A stretch of 64,000 nt of DNA from Coleofasciculus chthonoplastes F2-STO-03 (lineage in GTDB: Bacteria; Cyanobacteriota; Cyanobacteriia; Cyanobacteriales; Coleofasciculaceae), in contig JAVJWO010000046.1 in the NCBI GenBank assembly GCA_040222015.1, positions 34,424 to 98,423 of the forward strand, written 5' to 3'. Positions within the stretch are counted from its first letter, which is position 1, and every line of letters begins with the position of its first letter. The notes beneath the pieces were generated by a model. It was not told the DNA's origin. It saw only the letters and a list, made by a program, of their open reading frames with translations, and ran no database searches. A program made the translations under genes and the position numbers. Of this stretch, positions 58,001 to 64,000 are shown piece after piece.

Positions 58001-60883
58001 TGTATCCCTAGGACTACCGATTAATTGGTAAAGTTCCAGTGTACCGTTGCCGCCAATATCGCCATGACCAAATAAAACATAACTTTGTCCCGATGCGCTA
58101 CCCTTGGTGTCATTGATGTCGGCATTGGGGGAGCCAATAACTAAATCATCGATACCATCAGCGTTAATGTCTCCTGCACCACTGACAGAAAAGCCAGCGC
58201 GATCGTCGGCGGCGATACCGTTAATTCTAAAGCCGTTTGTACCATCGAGACTGGAGAGATTAAGCGTCGCACTGAAACTGCTGGTTTTGCCAAATACTAC
58301 GTATGTTTGTCCGGAATCGCTTCCCTGGAGATTGATATTGGGTGCGCCGATAATTAAATCATCGACACCATCTCCATTAACATCCCCTGCACTATTGACA
58401 GAAAAGCCAGAACCATCCTCGGCGGCGATACCATTAATTTGAAACCCGTTACTACCATTCAGGCTGGAGAGGTTCAAGTTGGCACTAAAACCGCTATTTT
58501 TGCCGAAGACTACGTATGTTTGTCCGGATTTGTCACCATTGGGATCTGCATTGGGAGCGCCAATAACTACATCATCAATCCCATCTCCGTTGATATCCCC
58601 GGCGTGGTTAACAGACCAACCTGAATTATCATTTGCGGCGATACCATTAATTTTAAAGCCATTGCTGCCGTTGAGGGTGGAGACATTAAGGCTAGAACCA
58701 AAGCCACTCAAGCTACTGTTCTTGCCGAATACGACATAGCTTACCCCTGATTGGCTACCGTTGGAGGAACGATTTCTAGCGCCGATGATTACGTCATCAA
58801 AACCATCGTTATTAATATCCCCAGCACGGCTGACAGAGTAGCCGGGATTACTAACGTCGGTAATAGTAAAACCATTGCTGCCATCAAGGGTAGAGAGGTT
58901 GAGAGTGTCACTAAAAAAGCTGGTTTTACCAAATACCACATAGCTTCTGTTAGCACCCGGTGCCCCAATAATTAAATCATCAATGCCATCACCATTAACA
59001 TCCCCAGCACCACTGACGGAAATGCCAGATCTACTACCCCCACCATTAATTTTAAACCCATTGTTGCCATTCAGCGTAGAGAGGTCAAAGTTAGGAACCA
59101 AGACACTACTTCTGACAAACACCACATAACTCGTGTTGGCATCGGGGGCACCGATAATTAAATCATTAATCCCATCCCCGTTAATATCTCCCGCGTTACT
59201 GATCGAGATACCTGCTTTGTTATTCGCCGCAATCCCATTAATTTTAAAGCCATTACTCCCATCCAGGCTAGAGAGGTCAAAACTGGAACCAAAATCGCTA
59301 GTTTTGCCATACAGCACATAAATCTGCCCAGAATTACTGCCATTCGGATCAGCCTCTGGAGCGCTAATAATCAAGTCATCAATCCCATCCCCATTGATAT
59401 CGCCAAAACGGTTAACCGCATGACCTAAATTATCCCCAGGGGCAATCCCATTAATCTTAAAGCCAAAAACCGGATTAATCGTATTATCCGGTTCCAGAGA
59501 GGGGGCGGGATTACCATAAATGACATAACTTTCCCCCGCATTGCTGCCAATAATTACATCATCAATGCCATCCCCATTCACATCCCCGGCACTATTCACC
59601 AAATTGCCGGATTGATTATTCGCCGCGATGCCATTAATTTTAAACCCATTGCTGCCATTCACAGCAAACAGGTCAAAACTAGACCCAAAGCCACTACTGG
59701 TGCCATAAACAACATAGCTTTGTCCCGAATTATTACCATTCGGATCAGCCCCAGTGGCACCAATAATTAAATCATCAATCCCGTCTTGATTAATATCCCC
59801 CGCACCGCTAACGGAATCACCGGAATTATCACCGGTGATAATCCCATTCAGTTTAAATCCATTAACGCCATCTAGACTAGAAAGATTTAAGCTAGGACTA
59901 AATGTGCCAGTTTTCCCAAAGATGACGTAACTTTGCCCCGAACCACTGCGATTCGGATCAGCCCCAGGGGCACCAACAATTAAATCATCAACTCCATCCC
60001 CATTAATATCCCCAACACCACTAACAGAAGTCCCCGCGCGATCGCCTGCTTCAATGCCATTAATCGTAAACCCGTTATTCCCGTTGAGACTGGAGAGTTC
60101 TAGACTGGCACTAAACCGGCTGTTCCTGCCAAAAATGACGTAGGCTTGCCCAGAATCGCTACCCTTGGGGTCAGCATTAGGAGCGCCAATAACTAAATCA
60201 TCAATACCATCCCCGTTAATGTCTCCCGCCGGACTAATCGACGTACCGGCTTGATCAGCGGCGTTGATTCCTTTAATTTTAAAGCCATTCGTGCCATCTA
60301 AAATAGAGATATTTAAGCTGGAGTTAAACCCACCACTCTTGCCAAAGATAACGTAAACTTCCCCAGAACTACTCCCATCAAAGGGAGCATCCCTGGCACC
60401 AATCATGAAGTCTTCAATGCCATCGCCGTTAATATCGCCCGCCGACTGCACAAATGTAGAACCAGAAATGCCATTAATCGTAAACCCATTGTTCCCGTTA
60501 AGGCTGGAGACATTAAAGCTAGAAGTAAAGCCGGTGGTTTTGCCAAACAGGACGAAACTCTGCTCCACACCGCCAATGATTAGATCCTCAATCCCATCGG
60601 CATTGATATCCCCAGCACTGCTAACGGTGGTGATTCCTCGGATACCTTCAATCAGAAAACCATTACTACCATCCAGACTGGAGACATTGCGAGTGAGATT
60701 AACATTACTACTGTCGCCAAATAGGACGTAGCTTTTGCCTAAATCGCCGATAATCACATCATCAATCCCGTCGCCGTTGATATCTCCGGCGCTGTTAACG
60801 GATTTGGCGTTACTGGAAATCCCGTCAATCTTAAAGCCGTTGGTGCCGTCGAGACTGGAGAGGTTGAAAAAGAAATTAGCCAC
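55073..60883 (-). CDS. Large secreted adhesin-like protein: FG-GAP repeats, VCBS/Ig-like repeats, RTX C-terminus
   Basis: Many GDINGDGIDDLIIGAP motifs; TETFTVTSLDG/ITITG repeats; GGxGxD. Confidence 0.92.
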   Translation of the reverse strand: MANFFFNLSSLDGTNGFKIDGISSNAKSVNSAGDINGDGIDDVIIGDLGKSYVLFGDSSNVNLTRNVSSLDGSNGFLIEGIRGITTVSSAGDINADGIEDLIIGGVEQSFVLFGKTTGFTSSFNVSSLNGNNGFTINGISGSTFVQSAGDINGDGIEDFMIGARDAPFDGSSSGEVYVIFGKSGGFNSSLNISILDGTNGFKIKGINAADQAGTSISPAGDINGDGIDDLVIGAPNADPKGSDSGQAYVIFGRNSRFSASLELSSLNGNNGFTINGIEAGDRAGTSVSGVGDINGDGVDDLIVGAPGADPNRSGSGQSYVIFGKTGTFSPSLNLSSLDGVNGFKLNGIITGDNSGDSVSGAGDINQDGIDDLIIGATGADPNGNNSGQSYVVYGTSSGFGSSFDLFAVNGSNGFKINGIAANNQSGNLVNSAGDVNGDGIDDVIIGSNAGESYVIYGNPAPSLEPDNTINPVFGFKINGIAPGDNLGHAVNRFGDINGDGIDDLIISAPEADPNGSNSGQIYVLYGKTSDFGSSFDLSSLDGSNGFKINGIAANNKAGISISNAGDINGDGINDLIIGAPDANTSYVVFVRSSVLVPNFDLSTLNGNNGFKINGGGSRSGISVSGAGDVNGDGIDDLIIGAPGANRSYVVFGKTSFFSDTLNLSTLDGSNGFTITDVSNPGYSVSRAGDINNDGFDDVIIGARNRSSNGSQSGVSYVVFGKNSSLSGFGSSLNVSTLNGSNGFKINGIAANDNSGWSVNHAGDINGDGIDDVVIGAPNADPNGDKSGQTYVVFGKNSGFSANLNLSSLNGSNGFQINGIAAEDGSGFSVNSAGDVNGDGVDDLIIGAPNINLQGSDSGQTYVVFGKTSSFSATLNLSSLDGTNGFRINGIAADDRAGFSVSGAGDINADGIDDLVIGSPNADINDTKGSASGQSYVLFGHGDIGGNGTLELYQLIGSPRDTAVITGNPTASVTEDATSPTLTATGSLTVTDPDSGEDKFNTTVTPTVGNLGTLTITETGSFTYTVANSSVQYLGAGQTQLDRFTVESIDGSASQTIVVTINGINDTATITGTNTAALTESETLSTLTATGSLSVTDTDTGETKFNTAVTSQTGNLGNLTLTDTGTFTYTVANSDIAYLGTQQTQTETFTVTSLDGSASQDIIVTITGINTGVNNPATITGTTTASVNEDSSNSILTTSGSLTVDDIDAGENLFNTTVTAAPNNLGSFTITDTGTFNYTVDNSAVQYLSATETQTETFTVTSLDGTASEDITITITGANDNPTATDDTPTTDEDTAITGNVLTNDTDIDNSDILTIAKLNGTPRAVGKPVTLFSGALLTLNTDGTFTYNPNNQFEFLGANQTEIDGFAYTVSDGNGGISHAIATIEVTGINNPATIAGIAAGAVTEDSNTPTLTATGSLSITDTDSDEDKFSTTVTSTPSNLGNLTITDTGSFTYSVENSAVQYLGEAETQTEIFTVTSLDGTASEDITITITGVNDTPTATDDNPTTDENTALTGNVLTNDSDADATASLTVVDINGNETDIGNEITLTSGALLTLNSDGSYTYNPNGQFASLGVNQTATDSFTYTISDEKGETSSATATITVTGVNNQAVITGIAEASVIEDSSTPSLTATGSLTVTDTDTGEDKFTTTVTSAPGNLGSLTITDTGSFTYSVDNSAVQYLGEAETQTETFTVSALDGVTADITITVTGVNDNPIGTRDRTTTAQDTPVTIQTSTLLRNDRDIDSAKSSLTITGVSNETNGTAVFDDNNTPNDTTDDLIIFTPNQGFSGNGSFTYTLSDGSLTNTATVTVAVGQNIDGTDNDDFLIGSAGNDRINGLDGWDQIDGSFGEDILNGGLGDDILNGGFGADTFVLAMDGSIDMITDFNIGQGDKIGLSGGLMFDQLTFSGEEILVGNQTLGVLSWFDTTTLTSANFITV

Positions 60884-61196
60884 AGTATTATCCAGTTTTT
60901 TATTATATAGATTGTTTCTGACTATCTCCCGATCAGGTGAAGTCTACCCGCTTGATCGGGAAGTAGCCAATGGTATTCGATATATAATAATGCTATTTTG
61001 AAAGCTAGAAGTTGATATATTAGAAGATTTAACCTGTCCTAATCAATATTGATAATCTTTCTTATAAATTTAAAATAGAAGTATCAGTTATGTTAATGTA
61101 GCGGCGTGGCAGACCTTATTTAATGTAGGGGCGCATGGTGTGCGCCCTTGACCAACCTGCGCCCAAGAAGTCGTAGAATTGACGAATTAATTGTAG

Positions 61197-61478
61197 GGGC
61201 ACGGCAGTGCCCATTGGGATCAACTTAAAGTGAAAAGCACGACTGGCAAGCTTTTCACCCTCATCCCCTAACCCCTTCTCCCATCAAGGGAGAAGGGGAA
61301 TAAAGAGGTTTCTGGCATCACATCGAGAAATACCTTCCTTCTTGCTCCCCTCTCCCGTGCCATAAAAGCGAAGCATCCTTAGTCCTCCCTCCTCCTAGGG
61401 GGGAACGAGGGGGGTTGGGAGAGGGGCTGGGGGTGAGGGGTTGAGCTTAAGTTGACACCAATGGGCACTGCCGTGCCC
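61197..61478. mobile_element. MITE with ~32-bp terminal inverted repeats
   Basis: gggcacggcagtgcccattgggatcaacttaa vs ttaagttgacaccaatgggcactgccgtgccc (2 mismatches); internal C-rich/G-rich hairpins. Confidence 0.8.
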
Positions 61479-61637
61479 TGTTAAGGTAGTTTGGGCGATG
61501 AATTAGGCGTAGTTGAGCGGATGGGGGAAAGGCTCGCATCCCTGACTACGAACATCCGAATCACTGATAGTATAAGTAAACTGATCGGTTGCCGTTTGAC
61601 CGACGCCGAAGCAAGCCAATTGACCATTGGAATTATT

Positions 61638-61931
61638 ATGATCAGGATTACACTTGAACTTTCCTGCGAAACAGAAGCGAAACTCAGAGAAAGCCTTGCC
61701 CGTCATGACGCTACACAGATGCGCCAATTATTGGCTGAAGCGTTTACCTCCACAGTGGAGGCGTTGCTACAGCAAACATCTGAACCATCCAATGATGATC
61801 AGTTTGAGTTGATTGCCGATCAGTTAGCGGCAGAATTTGCCGCCTGTGTCGGATCGGATGCGCCCCTATTATCCGATTTTGTTCGCTATGCAAGTGAGGG
61901 AATTGTTGCTGTTGATCCGACAACAATTTAG
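61638..61931 (+). CDS. Antitoxin-like small protein, C-terminus apparently degenerate; no toxin downstream
   Basis: MIRITLEL..E.EAKLR; ADQLA.EFAACVG..AP.LSD motif. Confidence 0.55.
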   Translation: MIRITLELSCETEAKLRESLARHDATQMRQLLAEAFTSTVEALLQQTSEPSNDDQFELIADQLAAEFAACVGSDAPLLSDFVRYASEGIVAVDPTTI

Positions 61932-62017
61932 CTGATTCGGCAAGAAGCCCCACGTCCTCATGCTACATCTGGCACAATCAGGATAAACCGATTCAACGAA
62001 CCAAACGATAAACAAGT

Positions 62018-63100
62018 ATGGCAGAACACAAACGGATTGGTATTCTCACCAGTGGTGGGGATTGTGCGGGGTTAAATGCGGTGATTCGAGCGGTGGTTCA
62101 CCGAGCTGTAGGCACCTATAATTGGGAGGTTTGGGGCATTTATCGCGCCACCCAAGGCTTGATGCAGCGCCCTCCCCAAGCGACTCGCCTAGAACCCAAG
62201 CAAGTTGATGCGGCGCTAACTTTAGCGGGAACGATTCTGGGAACCACGAATAAAGGCAACCCCTTTGCCTTTCCCCAGTCTGATGGTACAGTACGCGATC
62301 GCTCCTCGGAAATTATTGAAGGGTATCATCAGTTAGGACTCGATGCCCTGATTGGAATTGGTGGTGATGGTAGTTTGGCGATTCTGCGTAAACTGGCGGA
62401 AGCTGGGGGGATAAATTTGGTGGGGATTCCCAAAACCATTGATAATGATGTGGGGATTACGGAGCGTTCCATCGGATTTGATACGGCGGTAAATATCGCC
62501 ACCGAAGCCCTAGACCGTTTACAGTTTACCGCTGCGAGCCATGATCGGGTGATGATCCTGGAAGTTATGGGGCGCGATGCGGGTCATATTGCGATTAGTG
62601 CGGGAATTGCAGGCGGTGCTGATATTATTCTAATTCCGGAAATCCCTTATACTCTAGAACGAATCTGCCAGCAAATCCAACAACGCAAACAACAGGGCAA
62701 CAACTACAGTGTAGCGATAGTTTCCGAAGCGGTTCGCACAGAATCCGGGGAAGTGGTGCAGAATATGCTCAGTTTTGGTGAATGTCGATATGGCGGGATT
62801 GGTCATTATTTGGCGGATCGAATTAGCGCCTTAAGTGGTGCAGAAACACGAGTGACAGTGTTGGGACATACCCAGCGCGGTGGTACACCATCACCCTTAG
62901 ATCGCCTCACCGCCTCGGCGTTTGGTGTCGCGGCAGTGGATTTAATTGCTGACAAAGACTACGATAAGATGGTCACCTGGCAAAATCGACAGGTTGTCAG
63001 CGTACCGATTGTAGACGCGATCGGTCAGTATAAAGCGGTAGATTCCCAAGGGACTCTGGTGAAAACCGCCAGAGGTTTAGGAATTTGTCTAGGAGATTAA
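62018..63100 (+). CDS. pfkA: ATP-dependent 6-phosphofructokinase
   Basis: TSGGDCAGLNA, GGDGS, PKTIDND, EVMGR, LGHTQRGG. Confidence 0.96.
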   Translation: MAEHKRIGILTSGGDCAGLNAVIRAVVHRAVGTYNWEVWGIYRATQGLMQRPPQATRLEPKQVDAALTLAGTILGTTNKGNPFAFPQSDGTVRDRSSEIIEGYHQLGLDALIGIGGDGSLAILRKLAEAGGINLVGIPKTIDNDVGITERSIGFDTAVNIATEALDRLQFTAASHDRVMILEVMGRDAGHIAISAGIAGGADIILIPEIPYTLERICQQIQQRKQQGNNYSVAIVSEAVRTESGEVVQNMLSFGECRYGGIGHYLADRISALSGAETRVTVLGHTQRGGTPSPLDRLTASAFGVAAVDLIADKDYDKMVTWQNRQVVSVPIVDAIGQYKAVDSQGTLVKTARGLGICLGD

Positions 63101-63308
63101 TCAACGTTAGAGTCCTGACGTTGTAGCGGCAAATACGGCAAATACGGCAAACATCAGAAAAGGGACACAAGGCAAAATCCGGCTTTATGTCCCTTGCTGC
63201 GTACAATTTTTTTGGGTTCAAAGAGCGTTAAATAGGGTTCGCTTTAGATCCTGAATAGAACGCGATCGCGGCTTAACCGCTAAGTGGTAAGATTGTGCAT
63301 CGGAGTTC

Positions 63309-63445
63309 TAAGTAGGTTGGTGGAAATAAACTCAACCTTATGAAGTTATGTTAAAAAGCCTCAAACCCTTACGAATGACGAATGACGAATGACGAATGAC
63401 GAATGACGATCCCCACCATTAACTTTAATTGTCCCCACCTACTTA
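63309..63445. mobile_element. MITE with TAAGTAGGT terminal inverted repeats (copy 2)
   Basis: Same scaffold as 54771 but internal heptamer is CGAATGA. Confidence 0.8.
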
Positions 63446-63661
63446 TTCAATCGAGATAGATTGAGGTCCACTTGTCCTGCCATTGTCACTTCCTGTGGGA
63501 GTCGTCGTATAGCTGGTGGAACCCGTTTGCTGATCGAGCCAACTTTTAACGGGGTCATCTGAAAGATTAAGTCGAAACACTCCCGAACAAAATCCGCCTA
63601 AGAATCCTACAGGCTGTTGGAACAATTCTTTAACGATAGGGGTGAGTTCATCAAGAAACAT
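63443..63661 (-). CDS. Conserved small cyanobacterial protein
   Basis: MFLDEL...QQP.GFLGGF.SG..RLNL.DDPVKSWL...GPQSISIE. Confidence 0.8.
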   Translation of the reverse strand: MFLDELTPIVKELFQQPVGFLGGFCSGVFRLNLSDDPVKSWLDQQTGSTSYTTTPTGSDNGRTSGPQSISIE

Positions 63662-63702
63662 TGGTGAAATTATCCTCCGGTCAATCAAAAGTTTACTTAT
63701 GG

Positions 63703-64000
63703 ATAAACTACCCAGACCTGCTAAGAGCTGAGGTCTGGGTTTTTAGTAGCCCTGAAGTCATCGAACAAGCTAAGACTTCGGCGTGAGCGCTCAGTCGAAC
63801 GCTGAACATACTTAATAGTTTGGCTTAGCTTGCACGATAACCCCGTGCCTCCAGGCTGGTTTATAGACAGCCCCACAAGTGCAATATTATTGGCTCCATT
63901 AAAGTCGGCATCTCCATGCCAACCACAATGCCCACATTTGAAAGTCTTGCCACTTGGCGTAAGACTTTCCTTTTACCGGGTGAATGTGTAGGCAATTGTG
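63703..64000 (-). pseudogene. tnpB: 3' end of frameshifted tnpB plus IS200/IS605 right end (runs off window)
   Basis: HNCLHIHPVKGKSY / frameshift / SGKTFKCGHCGWHGDADFNGANNI; hairpin CCCAGACCT/AGGTCTGGG 63711-63739. Confidence 0.8.

Noticed and set aside
55442..61001. Many plus-strand ORFs inside the FG-GAP adhesin
   Set aside because: Antisense shadows of repetitive coding sequence
56121..61637. Adhesin repeat and upstream copy as a DGR VR/TR pair
   Set aside because: Mismatches are not adenine-specific and there is no reverse transcriptase in the window
61491..61637. N-terminal extension of ORF 61491..61931
   Set aside because: Antisense of the adhesin remnant; plausible start is 61638

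Overview
Chromosomal window from a cyanobacterium. Evidence: frequent HIP1 GCGATCGC octamers, TTTTCCACA DnaA boxes, heptamer STRRs and GTAG-type REPs. A filamentous, Oscillatoriales-like host is inferred. (1) 1-~9330: right part of an integrative phage/satellite-like element next to the 3' end of tRNA-Phe. It carries FHA and PAS-like genes, two divergent paralogous membrane proteins, a TIR-TM gene coupled to a DUF5131 (Gp37/Gp68, radical-SAM-like) gene, an XRE regulator with a palindromic operator, a 1090-aa DnaB-N/AAA helicase/ASCH fusion containing a GATC-rich putative origin, and a tyrosine integrase. (2) 9.6-14.2 kb: host genes, including a possible chromophore-less phycobiliprotein-fold protein. 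(3) 14.8-29.3 kb: a TpsA-like / CHAT / DUF928 / AAA_35-CHASE2 / HTH-AAA_35 / PEP-CTERM cluster with a phased 10-bp repeat array in the divergent promoter. (4) DUF4335-DUF3038 with a tnpB-only IS200/IS605 element at the DUF3038 start codon. (5) Core genes: apt, ABC permease, aldehyde dehydrogenase, coaE, S8 protease, rodZ, tldD, HNH pair, def, dnaA-oriC-dnaN. (6) Cyclase-CHASE2, tRNA-Arg, moaC, a large FG-GAP/VCBS/RTX adhesin, pfkA and a frameshifted tnpB end. Many MITE/REP/SDR elements are present, several nested or in frame inside genes. No CRISPR array or rRNA was seen. All family assignments come from motif recognition by eye, not database searches.
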